In this document: positions 1-12,005 of the stretch, one piece after another
Layout: every line of letters begins with the position of its first letter
How positions within the stretch are numbered: position 1 is the first letter of the stretch
Source of the DNA: Mayamaea pseudoterrestris
Taxonomy: Eukaryota
DNA length: 64,000 bases
Assembly (NCBI GenBank): GCA_027923505.1
Contig: BROI01000002.1
Span: 62,001 to 126,000, forward strand
Direction of reading: 5' to 3'
Program-made: the position numbers and the translations under genes
The notes under the pieces: generated by a model
Database searches by the model: none
What the model saw: the letters and a program-made list of their open reading frames with translations, nothing else
Told to the model about the DNA's origin: nothing

Positions 1-120
1 AACATTGAAGTAAATTGCACTTTATATATTTGTCAATTGCCGTTGGCCACGCAGCGGGTACAGTAGCGTTTGTCAAGTTAAAACGGCGCCATTGAAGTAA
101 CAGCAGCTGCAATACGCCGC

Positions 121-573
121 TTATTTAGAAAGCAATCCAAAGAAGTAAGTCTTCTTTCGCTTTGACCGTTTCGATCGTGCCGACGGAATAGCAAGCAGCT
201 CCTCGCGCGTATGATGCTGCATGACCACTCGCCGCACGACGGATGGCAATGCCACCAATATTTCAATGTCATTGTAGTGGCACTCTCTTAAAATAAAGGC
301 AGCGCCCGTTGGTGGCTCGAGCAATTGTCGTTTACCCGTATGGACGGAGCAGTAGTAGTAAATCTTGCGTCCCTTGGTGTTGCGGTAGAAACGCTCGACC
401 CATATGTCGTCGTCGCTCGGAATCTCAAGGTCCTTCAAGCGCTCGCTTCGACGAGGCTTGGACAGTTTTAGCTTGGATTCGATCGGCGGAGTCAGTATGG
501 AAGATGTATCATCGGATGCTGTTCGATCGGCAGAGGAGTCTTGCTTCTTGAGAGTCAACCTACGTCTAAACAT
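121..573 (-). CDS. Hypothetical protein, 150 aa
   Basis: ATG-started ORF with a WW-like segment (WVERFYRNTKGRKIYYYCSVHTG...EPP) and a basic C-terminus. Confidence 0.55.
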   Translation of the reverse strand: MFRRRLTLKKQDSSADRTASDDTSSILTPPIESKLKLSKPRRSERLKDLEIPSDDDIWVERFYRNTKGRKIYYYCSVHTGKRQLLEPPTGAAFILRECHYNDIEILVALPSVVRRVVMQHHTREELLAIPSARSKRSKRKKTYFFGLLSK

Positions 574-1139
574 GGCTACGGGAGTACGCAGACGGTGCTT
601 CCATTACAAGGAACGGAATTATGTCATGATGGTGGCATGGCATTTGTCAAAATGTTGACGTCTAGTCCTATTTTATCTCACGACTGCAGATAGATGGCGA
701 CTGCCTGTCTGACTGTTTCAGCGATTCATTGCCTGAGGTCCGAAATACGTGTCGTTTGGCATTGCGACTCTGACTGCGACTTGTCGAAAGACGCGCTGGT
801 CGAGCATTTCTTAGAACCTCCTAGCAAACCAATACCACAGCAACTATCGAAGATGCGTAGGTAGTGTTGTCTGATCCAAAGCCCATTGCCAGTGGCCATT
901 TTCTGTTAATGGCGATTGCGTTGCGAGTTGCGATGAACCGCGGAAAAGCGTTCGGATTGTTTGGCGTCGGACCGTGACTCTTGCAGAGTTTTCAGTGTCG
1001 CTTTACGCTTGACCGACGCATCACGATGACATGCGACGGCTCCGGCTGGCTGTCATTTCAAGCCGGTCGGAGGAGCAACCAAGCAACTTGCAGCTCAGTC
1101 GTACTAATTACATAAACTACAAAAACTACCAAAGCAATC

Positions 1140-2314
1140 ATGGCAGCCAATGCAGCAGGCGGAGGACGTCAAGCCGGAGGAAACCAGGGCATGAATGAGC
1201 ATGTTGAATTTAGTGTAAGTGTAATAGCGTCGGACGACGGTGAGAGAGTCTTGTTTCGGAGTTATTCCGTCGCGATGCATTTGATTTTTCTTATCTCATT
1301 ATACTCGTATTTTATATACTGCAGGTCAAAGCCGAAGAGGATTTATATTTGACGGGAACCGAAAATACTATTCGCCGCGTGACGGCCGAAACAAACTACA
1401 GCTGCCTCATGTTGAAAACGCAGCGATTCTCGTCGCTCTTTCGTCACTATGCAAAGTACCATGGTTTACGCAAGGATGATTTGGAATATTATTTTGTCAA
1501 TTTGCTGGAAAATGAAGACACTCCCGAAACAGTCCAGCTTCAGCGAGGCGATACAATTATGGTACGCAAGCGCCGACCACCGACCATTCCGGAAGCTGCC
1601 GCGGACGATGACGAGTTTGTCAAGGACATGCGAGAACTTATGGAAGACGATGAGCATATGGATGCCACATTTTTAATTCCAGTCGGCGAAGCTGGCAAGA
1701 ATGCGAAGAAGGATGTTCATGCGTCGTCCAATGTCATTCGCGTGCACGCGCACAGGAGCATTTTGACGGCACGCGCGGAGTATTTCAAGGCCTTGTTTCG
1801 CACAAACGCAGAAGGAAACCGTTTCATCGAGGCGGATGAATGCGTCATTCGAGTGGACCCTGGCTTTACGGAAATGCATGTTCGCCAAGCCTTGGAATTT
1901 ATTTACACTAATCGCATTCAAAATGTGGCCAAGGTTCAAACGGACGATCTTTTGCAATTGCTGCATTTAGCAGACAAGTGGGTGCTTCGGGATCTCAAGC
2001 GACTGGTGGAGCATGAGCTGATTCGTACTCACATTACGCTTGAAAACGTTGCTCGCCTATATGGAGCGACGGATGACTTTAACGCGGCACGATTGTCCAA
2101 GGCGTGCTTGGAATACATCATGCATAATCTTCGCGCACTGGCAGGCAATGCGGGGTTTGAAGCGGAAATGAAGAACTACCCCCACCTTTGCATTCCTGTA
2201 CTAAAGGCGGCGGCCCAATTGATTCCCGATGGGCCACCGCACAAGAAGCAGCGCACGGAGGCCACACCCAGCACCAATGTTGCTTCGAGTCCGGTGCTGG
2301 ACAATGACCCGTAA
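1140..2314 (+). CDS. BTB/POZ protein with N-terminal ubiquitin/SUMO-like domain; intron 1215-1324
   Basis: GTAAGT...GCAG intron joins the two ORFs in frame; BTB motif VHAHRSILTARAEYFKALF...LEFIYT...LADKW; Ubl-like segment ending EDTPETVQLQRGDTIMV. Confidence 0.85.
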
Positions 2315-2740
2315 ATAGCTACATAATTACCTTGCACATTGAAGATAAGGATTTTGGAGCTATGAAGTGGAAGAACACCGTAGGATAGAAGAGGAGCAGA
2401 GCGGGCATGCTTTTTACATTCGAGTAAATACCTAGCGATTGACTTTATATTATCTGTTCGATGCTATTTCGCTATTTAATGCAAGCGTGGCGATCGCAAA
2501 CACAGCATAGAGCTAGTACTCTAGTGGGGCAATCGCCCGTAGCAAAACCCAAGCCACGCCGAAGCTCCAAAGTCAGACATACCGGTACTGATAGCTAAAT
2601 GCCGTAGCGGTACTCACGACGTCACGCAGAATTCGAACATCCTCGAATTTCGAAATCAGTCATGTTCGATCACGTTTCTCGGAAGTTCGATCCGTCTCCA
2701 TCGGCTTGATGCCTCACAAATACGAAACGTAACGACAAAC

Positions 2741-2911
2741 ATGGCAGGCACCGTCAACAAGATTATCCTAGCAGTCTTATGCTTCTTCCTACCGCCATTG
2801 GCTGTCGGTTTGGAGGAGGGATGCAACGGGCAATTGCTGCTGAACATTATCTTGTTGCTACTTTTCTGGATCCCTGCCGTCCTCCATGCCTTGTGGGTGG
2901 TGTTCAAGTGA
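2741..2911 (+). CDS. Pmp3/UPF0057 proteolipid, 56 aa (not in ORF track)
   Basis: Hand translation MAGTVNKIILAVLCFFLPPLAVGLEEGCNGQLLLNIILLLLFWIPAVLHALWVVFK; PPLAV and WIPAxxHA motifs. Confidence 0.9.
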   Translation: MAGTVNKIILAVLCFFLPPLAVGLEEGCNGQLLLNIILLLLFWIPAVLHALWVVFK

Positions 2912-3310
2912 GCGACTTGATAGTGATGTAATTGATGGGAGAGAAAAGCATGAGCTACCATGTAGAAGTAAATGTCAACTATAGATAACAATTTGCATTG
3001 CTCAAGCTCAAGCTGATTTGCTCGTGTTGTATCATCATTGTAGCCCTGCATGCTGCCGTATGCCGTTGAAATGAAAACCGCACTTCTTCGAGATCGTTGA
3101 AACGGAGAAGCCGAAGTGCGAAGTGCGACATGCTCGCCAATCATGCGGCCAATAAAATGGGAGATTATCTTCGACAAAGTCGGGAAACACCAAGCCAAAG
3201 TGTTCTCTTCGACTGTCGTTTACAGTTCCGAGTCCCAGTCGTCCTAGTGCTGCACTGCATTCTTCATTCATCACACACAGACACCTTATCCATTCTAAGA
3301 AAAGCCACTC

Positions 3311-3625
3311 ATGACAGAACCAATGCCCTCAACTTCCGTGACAGCTCCAGGCGCCACTGGCAAGCGCGTCGCCCACGAAGACGTTTACGAACCCACCGCG
3401 CAGCCGGCCGTGACGAAAACTACCACCGCCGTCGTGCATGAGCCGGAGCGTCGCCACCACTTTGGGATTCGCACCATCATTTTAGTCATTCTGTGCTTTC
3501 TTTTGCCGCCACTGGCGGTTGGTTTGGAGGAGGGGTTTGGACACCAACTGTTTTTGAACATTATTCTGTTGATCCTTGGCTGGATTCCTGCCATTGTTCA
3601 TGCCCTCTTTCTCATTTGTGTTTAA
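3311..3625 (+). CDS. Pmp3/UPF0057 proteolipid with N-terminal extension
   Basis: ILCFLLPPLAVGLEEG...LNIILLILGWIPAIVHALF. Confidence 0.9.
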   Translation: MTEPMPSTSVTAPGATGKRVAHEDVYEPTAQPAVTKTTTAVVHEPERRHHFGIRTIILVILCFLLPPLAVGLEEGFGHQLFLNIILLILGWIPAIVHALFLICV

Positions 3626-3952
3626 AGAGACTATGTGCGATTCGATTGGTTTTATAGCTTGACATTTTTAGTCTGTCAATTTCAAGCTCTCGCATGATGT
3701 ATGTTGGCATTGTCATGTTTGTAAAGTCAATATAATAATCTTACAAAAAATATCTGTCATATACCGTATTGAGTTACTTTGCGCAGTTGAATGAAGGGGG
3801 ACAATGCTCCCGCAAGCAAAGATCTTGGCAGGTAACCGTCATTACCGCTCCGACATTCAGGATACCGCTCCGACTCGGAAAGCCTCGCCACTTGCCACCA
3901 CGGAATAGCATCATAAAGCTGTCAACATGTCGCCGGGATCAGCGTCTGTTAA

Positions 3953-4873
3953 ATGGGAAGAATGAGGCAAGCATTGAATAACAATTTCATAGCTGTACTT
4001 GCAATGTGTGACACTGTCTCTGCTTGGTCAGCTGGATCGACTGCATGCGCTCCACGAGCGTCATGCAATTGCCGATCAGCATCTTCTCGCTCCTTATTGC
4101 ACCTTTTTCCTGAACAAGCTGCCGATGACGACGATGAATCTTTGTATACAAACATTGACGGACATCAGCTTGACCAATCGTGTGTAAAGATTGGTGATTC
4201 CTCCATTCCCTATCATCACGACCTTTCAGACTCGCCTCGAGACCACGAGCTCGCTCTAGCAGCAGCCATAGCAACCTACCAGTGGGCCGCAAATTTTGTC
4301 GTTCCACACAACCTTTGTCCATGGGCGGAACGGTCTGTGCAAACCAAACATGCCATGCAGATTGTTGTGCTACGTGACAACGGAACCTTGGAGTCGCGCT
4401 TGGAAAAAGTGGCAGCGCAGTTTCAGGCAAATTTAAAGGCTGGCAAAACGGATGCAAACACTGCCATTGTCTTTTGCGTCGTCTTGCCACCCGACAGTAA
4501 CCATTGGACGAGCGACTTTGCATTCTTTTACGACTGGTACTTGAACATGGAGGACGATTGGTTTGACCATGCCGACGAAGATTCGTCACACGTGGGCAAT
4601 GTTGTCACGCTCGCTCCCTTTCACCCACAGTGGCAGTTTGCGACGGATGCAGCAGCATCAAACGACGATTCAAGTCAAAATGACTCGTTTGCCATTGAAA
4701 AGCAGAGTCCATATCCTACCATTAGCATGGTGTCAACCAAGGTGATTGAACGAGCGGGCGAAGCGGCGACGCGCCAAATTTTTGAGACGAATCAGGAAAC
4801 CCTAGCCAGCAAAACTATGCACGAATGGAACGAAATTTACGAGCAAGCTGTCTTTGGGAATGTGCGGGAATAA
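3953..4873 (+). CDS. DUF1415-like protein with signal peptide
   Basis: W..NFVVPHNLCPWA, LAPFHPQWQF and QSPYPTI motifs. Confidence 0.7.
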   Translation: MGRMRQALNNNFIAVLAMCDTVSAWSAGSTACAPRASCNCRSASSRSLLHLFPEQAADDDDESLYTNIDGHQLDQSCVKIGDSSIPYHHDLSDSPRDHELALAAAIATYQWAANFVVPHNLCPWAERSVQTKHAMQIVVLRDNGTLESRLEKVAAQFQANLKAGKTDANTAIVFCVVLPPDSNHWTSDFAFFYDWYLNMEDDWFDHADEDSSHVGNVVTLAPFHPQWQFATDAAASNDDSSQNDSFAIEKQSPYPTISMVSTKVIERAGEAATRQIFETNQETLASKTMHEWNEIYEQAVFGNVRE

Positions 4874-5194
4874 CAGTGCTGCATTTAAAGAGAGTTGATT
4901 ACATTATCAAGTCGTGTCGACAGCGTCCAATTCCTTTGTTGCAATTGAGCTACCTTCGCGAGCCATAAGAGTTCGGCTAGACCGACGAACAACAAGATTG
5001 TTGTTCATAAACCAGATTGCAGATGAGGTTGGTCAGAGAATCTTATTTGTGATTAAAGGTCGCGCTGGAAGAGGTGTGTCTCATGCGACCACTTTTGCTC
5101 GCATACTAGTACACTCGTAATGTTAGCACTGATAGATATTCTTTCCATACCCGTAAGGTTAGAACCATTATAAACTTGCGCGTCTACCTTACTC

Positions 5195-6778
5195 TTAATC
5201 CACACTATCATATAGCTCTGATCCGTGCTGTCGACGAGTGCCTTCACCCGTGCGCGTCTTGCCGCCAATCTCGCGCTCATCCGGATCGTCATCGTCCTCT
5301 CCCTCCCTTTCGGCTCGCGCAAACGTTGGAGGAGCCTCATGCATGGCGACACTGGGAACTCCCTGCAAGTCCTGCAGCTGCTTCAACAAGTCCTCGCGAA
5401 CACTATCGAGTGTTTCAGGCGTATTCATGTTGGCCGTATTCTCCGGTTCCAAGTGAAGCTTAAAGTCCGGCGCATAATACTGGTAGTAGTCATTGTACGG
5501 GATCTCGTTCGATATATTCTCCTGGTCCAGCAAAACTGCAGTTTCAAACGCCCAGCAGCGCGCCACGTTGCGAATCGTGTATCCGCCACCACCCAGCACC
5601 AGCGTCGGCACGCCAAAGCTCTTGACAAACTTGACGCAGGCCGCATGACCCTTGAGCGTCAGGTTGAAGCATCCCAAGCGATCACCCGTCAACGAATCGG
5701 CACCGCACTGCAAGACAATGGCGCCAGGTTGGAACACCTCCATAATCTTGCTCAAGACTGGACGAAACAATTGTTCCATGTAGGTTTCATCCGTAATTCC
5801 AGAGTGGAGCGGGGCATTGACGCTAAAGCCAATTCCGTCCTTGGCACCAATGTCACTAATGTGGCCCGTTCCAGGAAAGAAGTCTGTTTAGATAAATGGG
5901 CGTGAGGTGAAGGGGTGAGGAAGGTGAACGGAACGCAACGCTCCACTCATTGTCCGCTCCATTCAAACACACCAGCAATTACTCACCTCCATACTTGTGC
6001 AAACTGAACGTCATGACTCTATCAGTCGTATAAAAAGCCTCTTCCACGCCATCTCCATGATGAACGTCAATATCTATATATAATACCCGTGCATGCACCT
6101 TGAGCAGTTCCAAAATGGCCAAGACAATGTCGTTAATGTAGCAAAACCCGCTCGCCTCGGATTTCTTGGCGTGATGCAAGCCTCCGCTCCAGTTAATGGC
6201 TATATCACACTGTCCCTGACAAAGCTGAACAGCTCCATCAATAGACGCTCCCGTATATAGTTGCGTAAACTCGTACAAACCATCAAAAACTGGACAATCC
6301 GTTGTTTCACCCGCATTGAATCGCTGCATATTGTTTTGGAACTGACGCAAATTATCGGGCGAGACCTTGCTCAAAAAGTTAATGTAGTCGTCCGAATGAA
6401 AGAGAGTCATTTCGCCGGCAGTTGCCGGATGCGGGCGGTAGCAGTCCATCTGCTTGTATAAGCCATAGGTCAAAATCAAGTGGTGCGCAAGCTTGAGGCG
6501 ATGCGGCTTCATGGGATGCGACGGCCCATAGTAAAATAGAGGCTGTTGTAATGAATTTAGGAGAAGCGGAATCAAATAATTTGAAATTGGAAAGATGAGA
6601 TTGAATATTCGATAGGTAACGATTTGATTACGAAGCATCGCAGCGAAAACAAGAGCGATGCTGCGTATGCTTATTACTATTCGTCAATAATCTTCAGAAC
6701 AAAAAATACACAGACTAGAATGGAACTTACGCATGTCGGATGGTAAAAGTACGAGACGCGCTTGTTTGATCCCGACAT
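5195..6778 (-). CDS. Class I (RPD3-type) histone deacetylase; exons 6778-6731, 6542-5987, 5883-5195
   Basis: [56 protein letters not shown] introns restore KYGDFFPGTG. Confidence 0.95.
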
Positions 6779-7724
6779 GGTGATGCTTTTCGACGAGAAG
6801 GTCCAGGGACAGCTCCAAGGCACGCAACGTTTGCGGCCATGGTGGCAAGGCGCGGCGCCCGCGCCGATGATGGAGAACCGCAGCGACGGATTAAGTACCG
6901 GCACTCGGCATGATCTAGTGTCGTTGCGACTCACCGATCCAACGTTGCTGTTGCGCCTGTTTTAACATTTAAGACAAGTCAAACTTGTCATTCTACTTGT
7001 ACTTTGTAGGTGTATCTGTTGTGGCACTACTTGGAGGGAGATATGGCAATTTTTTTATGGTTGACAAACGTGAATCTGACCATCAGAACATAGGGACATT
7101 TCAGTGGACTGCGCTAACTAGTAACAAACCAATGGTACGCACGGATATATTGGTAAATGATGGATATGAACGATTACCTTAGCAGTTGGGTTGCCATAGC
7201 TGCATCAGTACGGTATGACGCTGAAAGGAGTAGCCAACTTGCAATGACCGTCCGCCGGTCATGTGTCTCGCCGGAGTTCGCATCGGATCAATCGGAGTTG
7301 CCGACTTTCAATCGAAAGTGTCTTCTACGCCAGGCAGAACATATGAATGTCGTCAAAGTCGGATGCACTTGCAGTTTCGGATGGGAGAGTCGGACAATTT
7401 CAATCATGCGTAACTTAAAGAACACCGCGAAGATCCAATGAATGAGCTTCATTCGCAAGATTTTCGGACGCCTTGAAACAGACGAACGTGCGTAAATTGC
7501 GTTAGGCATAGATTCTACGTCCCATACATACAAGCAGGGGATCAATCGCAATGACCTAAACTGCATCGAATAAGTGCCAATTGGAGGAGATTCATTGCCA
7601 CGAGGTCTAGACACATGCAATCCGATCGGGCCTGTTTTGACAGCAACGATCGTGCGTAATCTGCCCCGAGGGACAAATTAATGAGGTGCGCTCACAATTT
7701 TTTCGCAACCATCACTTTGAGATC

Positions 7725-8537
7725 ATGTTGATGATTGCGACGGTCTTCGCGGCCATGCTGGTCATGGTAAAAGCTCAGGAAGGAGTAGTTGTATCCCAAG
7801 GCAGCAAGAGTAAGGAACCACCAGCTATCTGCAAGGCGTATACAGACCGTAGTTTGGCCCTCTGTGTCGAATACTGCGTCACCTTGGATTGCCCTGCGAG
7901 GACCAAGGGCAACGAAAGATGCAAGGTCCTTAGAAAGAAATTCTTTCGCAAAGTTGGAACGAGGAAGTTCCCGTGTGACCCAGCGACTAGTGCTGCTCCA
8001 ATCAAGCCACCGGTCACTAAAGCTCCCGCCAAGGCGCCAGTATCTAAGGCTCCGGTCACAAAGGCTCCGGTCGCCCCACCCATCAATGCCCCGAGCAGCA
8101 AGCCGTCATCCCGTCCTTCGCGAGTCCCTAGTAGTAGACCAAGCCAGCGCCCCTCTACGATTCCGTCGGCCAGACCAAGTAGCAAGCCCTCGTCGAAGCC
8201 TTCAAGGGCTCCAAGTGGTAAACCTTCCGTCAGACCAAGCAGCAAGCCATCATCAAAGCCTTCAAGAGCTCCAAGTGGTAAGCCTTCTGTCAGACCGAGC
8301 AGCAAGCCATCATCCAAGCCATCAAGAGCTCCAAGTGGAAAACCAAGCCAACGCCCTTCATCTAAACCATCCGGCAGGCCATCATCAGAGCCTTCGAGAG
8401 CTCCGAGTGGCAAACCAAGCCAGAGCCCTTCACGTAAACCTTCTGGCAGACCAAGTGGCAAGCCATCTTTGCAACCATCATTGATGCCTTCAGTCGTTCC
8501 CAGTAGGACGCCCACCCAAGTTCCTAACTGTGTGTAA
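7725..8537 (+). CDS. Secreted protein: 6-Cys domain plus Pro/Ser/Lys/Arg PSxxPS repeat stalk
   Basis: Hydrophobic signal peptide, Cys domain, PSSKPSRAPSGKPS repeats, C-terminal PNCV. Confidence 0.8.
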   Translation: MLMIATVFAAMLVMVKAQEGVVVSQGSKSKEPPAICKAYTDRSLALCVEYCVTLDCPARTKGNERCKVLRKKFFRKVGTRKFPCDPATSAAPIKPPVTKAPAKAPVSKAPVTKAPVAPPINAPSSKPSSRPSRVPSSRPSQRPSTIPSARPSSKPSSKPSRAPSGKPSVRPSSKPSSKPSRAPSGKPSVRPSSKPSSKPSRAPSGKPSQRPSSKPSGRPSSEPSRAPSGKPSQSPSRKPSGRPSGKPSLQPSLMPSVVPSRTPTQVPNCV

Positions 8538-9098
8538 CTACCGGTAGGGATTAATGTTCTGATAGGTGGTCATGAACAGCTTATAATATGCTGCACATTT
8601 TTATTTAGCCATCTATGTTAAACTGATTGAGTTGCTTTAGACTTTGAATCTGATTGCATAAAGAAAACAAAAACAAGCAAAACTTCAGTATAAAACCGGC
8701 CCTACTGGTAGCATTATTTCTTTGCAACATGCAGCAAGCAGCAGCATCATCATCACCAGCAGCACACTGAAGCTGATAAGCTGGGCCATCCTGTTTGGGT
8801 CAATCTTCAGCTTTTCCAGCAATTGGAATCATTTTGGGTGTAAAACACGACTGGTAGACAACTGTTGTGCGCACATTGCGAAGCCTGATTTATCTAAATG
8901 TCTGGGACTATTGTATATGCAGTTTGGATAGCAATAACTTTTAAATAGACCTAATCCACATGCTCATTCCTCTGCCAACAGCAGGAGGAACCCATTCACG
9001 ACTGAACAGGCAGCTTATTTCAATTTATTCGCAAATGCGATTGCAATGATCAATCAACAGTACCTCGCCAGCCATATTTGGCACTCTATAATCTTGCG

Positions 9099-9551
9099 TC
9101 ACCTCTTTTTGAAACCATATTTTTTCCGTTCATAGAAACTATCTGTTCGCGTCGACCCCAAGTTAACAATCTTGGGGCATCCGTCCCGATCCTTTTCCTG
9201 CTGAACGCACTCGCGGCAGTAGTAGGCATTGGTGACACCCGGATTGGAGCAAACGACGCAGCGATTCTCGTTGCTGCCGTAGTTGCACTCGTCGCAAATT
9301 TGCACCAGCGTGTGTGGATTGACAAAGGAGCTGCAAACGACGCAGAGACCGTCGCCTAAATTGAAGAATGAGATAAAATGAGTAAGGAAAAAAGTGATTG
9401 TATGAGCAAGACTTGTTATACGAACGCAAGGCAAACATATTTCATGCACCCGTTAGTCATCAGTCTTCAACTTACATTTCTCACAGAGCCGCCCGAAAGC
9501 AATTCCAGGTTGCTTTCGGCACATGACTAGATCCGGATGATGCTTGGCCAT
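9099..9551 (-). CDS. PHF5A: PHD-finger-like splicing factor PHF5A/Rds3 (SF3b); intron 9356-9475
   Basis: [16 protein letters not shown]...[29 protein letters not shown], a near-invariant sequence. Confidence 0.97.
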
Positions 9552-10109
9552 GATGAAATAAACAGAAGTACGGAGGCGAAGATAAATGTGAGTGCAAATA
9601 CTGCGTCTGGCGCTGATGGACTTCGTTTTGATGGCCATGGTCGACGGAGGCGAAACGTGCGGCTCCAGAAACGGTGCGACGTGAATTACGATTGGTTCAA
9701 ACTCATCATGAAAAGTCGAGAAGAGAAGGTCATTTCTTCGCGCTTTCGACCATTGCCCAGAGAGACTGAAAATGACTCGTCACACGATGATGGCTTGGCT
9801 TGACCATGATGGCACGAACCGGCGTTCACTGCTTGGTCGTCTAGAGTAAGACTGGCTACTGCTCATTACTATACAATATACAAAAGTTGATAGGGTTTTC
9901 CAATCAGCCAAGAAGGAAGCACTTGGAAATTTTGTAGCAGCAACGGCGGCATTAATACGCGCCTGAAAGGAGATTACCGACACCGACACCATCGGTCAGC
10001 TGGGAGCACAGGACGTCGTTTCTCTCAAGACCTTCTTTAAAAGCTGCCAATACACTGAAACTTGCGAGTCGAAACCTAGCAGTGCTCCAGGCCGTTTATA
10101 TTCGAGAAA

Positions 10110-11825
10110 ATGAAGGGCAGCAGCAGGAGTTTTAAAACAATAAATTCGTCCCCATCATCCAAACCATTGGACAACAATTCTATTGAAGAATCGGATGACG
10201 CCTTTGCTAACTTTGACGACAATATGGAATGGGCAGGCAATCTACTGGATCAAGACGATGAAAAGTCAGAATCGGGAAGGTCGCCCAAGAAGTCTTCCAA
10301 AAAGGCAGCGACTGACATACCCATCAAGCTACCAACCCGACAGGCATCCGTCGCGCACGTTGAATGGCCAAAAAGCGGCACCAAGTCTCACACTCATGAC
10401 GCTGCTGCACTAAAATCAAAGTCGGATCACGCGGTGCTTTCACCGTCCACGCCCCGGCGGTCGTCTCGCAATAACAACAAGTTGCACTCGAGCAGTCACA
10501 ATCGTCACGAGGAGAGTCACGATAAAAAGGCGGCAAGTAGTAGCAGCAAACACAATCATTTGCGAAAATCAGCGCCAAACGTTTCGTCGCCGTCGCTGGA
10601 GGAGATTCAGCGCGCCGAGGAAATCCTCCGACTCGCCGCCAAAAGCAAGGACGGCAACGACGAAATTTTGCATCGATCCACCGGTAGTCGCCATCGAAGT
10701 GATGCAGGTGAAGTAAAATCTGCTGCGGAGCAACATGAAAGTAGCAGCAAGGGTCAACGCAAGCCATCCAAGCAAACTGAACATGTTGACGACGAAATAC
10801 CTCGCCACAGCCGACGGTCAAACCAATCGTCGTCTGGAAAACAACAGCAACATGCATCACAAGCAGCATTACCCGATTACAGACAATCCTTCAACAAACT
10901 GCGACGAGAAAAGAGTCTTGACGACATGATGGGCCTTTCGTCATCGCATCACGCGGATCACCATTCGGAATCCGACGTGGACGACGACAACGGCAGCGTC
11001 GTTTCCAAGACGCGCCAAACCGCGCGCCGCGGCCGCTCTAGCCGCCGACAATCCTGCGAAACGCCCACGGATCGCAGCCTGTCGCGATGTGGCGATCGCT
11101 CCGCGAGCTTGCGGCGGCGGGCCAGTGTGGCGGTGGGTGGCGTGGAGGAGATTCGCGCGCGCAGCTTGTCAAGGACCAAGCGGCGGGGAAGCATGAACCA
11201 TGCGGCGGCTGCTCCAGTGGCGGTGGCGCCGGAGCGATCCATGCTGGGTGATCAGTCGGATTCGGAAAAGAATGAAGATGATGACCTTGACTTTGAGGCA
11301 ATGAACAAGCGACGCGACATTTTGAATCAGTCTCGAAAAGGTCCCATTGTTTCGGAACAGATGCGACACAGTCATGGCAGTAGTCACAATCATAGTAATT
11401 CTAGCAACAGCAATATGGAACATCATCCAGGAAGTGGTCACTTTCATCCGGGTGGGCACGAGGAGAGCAGCGAATTTAGCTTGTCATCGGCCAGCTCACC
11501 GCAACGGTCACGGAAACCAGTTGACACTGACGACTGGGAGCGGGGCCTTGACGACGTTTTGAGTCGACGGCACGCCGCTCGGGAAGGTGGTGGCTCCAGT
11601 AGCAATTTTGATTCGTTGACCGATCATGTGAGCCCCAAGAGTCAACGACATTTGCTTGGCAACGACCGGCGAGGTGTAAGTTCCAATGCCGCTATCGCTG
11701 GACCCAAAATTGATTTGAGCAAAATGACAGTGCCCATTGCGTCGCCAACGCTGAAGAAGAAGGGATGGGGTGCTCGGTTGCAGCAGATTGGAGTGAAGGG
11801 AAAGGACAGAAAAAATGCCGTGTAA
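10110..11825 (+). CDS. Low-complexity, probably disordered hypothetical protein
   Basis: 571-aa ATG ORF rich in S/R/H. Confidence 0.7.
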   Translation: MKGSSRSFKTINSSPSSKPLDNNSIEESDDAFANFDDNMEWAGNLLDQDDEKSESGRSPKKSSKKAATDIPIKLPTRQASVAHVEWPKSGTKSHTHDAAALKSKSDHAVLSPSTPRRSSRNNNKLHSSSHNRHEESHDKKAASSSSKHNHLRKSAPNVSSPSLEEIQRAEEILRLAAKSKDGNDEILHRSTGSRHRSDAGEVKSAAEQHESSSKGQRKPSKQTEHVDDEIPRHSRRSNQSSSGKQQQHASQAALPDYRQSFNKLRREKSLDDMMGLSSSHHADHHSESDVDDDNGSVVSKTRQTARRGRSSRRQSCETPTDRSLSRCGDRSASLRRRASVAVGGVEEIRARSLSRTKRRGSMNHAAAAPVAVAPERSMLGDQSDSEKNEDDDLDFEAMNKRRDILNQSRKGPIVSEQMRHSHGSSHNHSNSSNSNMEHHPGSGHFHPGGHEESSEFSLSSASSPQRSRKPVDTDDWERGLDDVLSRRHAAREGGGSSSNFDSLTDHVSPKSQRHLLGNDRRGVSSNAAIAGPKIDLSKMTVPIASPTLKKKGWGARLQQIGVKGKDRKNAV

Positions 11826-12005
11826 CGTGCTGCTTTAGTGCTGTAGAGATTGCTGTTACTGCATCTGTAAGTGTTAATGCGAAGCTAAACTATTGCGTAT
11901 CAAAAGATTTCTAAGAATGTGACTTATTTACATCATTATGCACCGTGCGACATCCCGCACCATGCAAGTGACAGAATTGATAGTGAATATAAGACAAATG
12001 CCGGC

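Noticed and set aside
7775..8515. Antisense Gly/Leu-rich ORF (likewise 27233-27838 and the shifted-frame ORFs)
   Set aside because: Stop-free shadow of the Pro/Ser repeat codons
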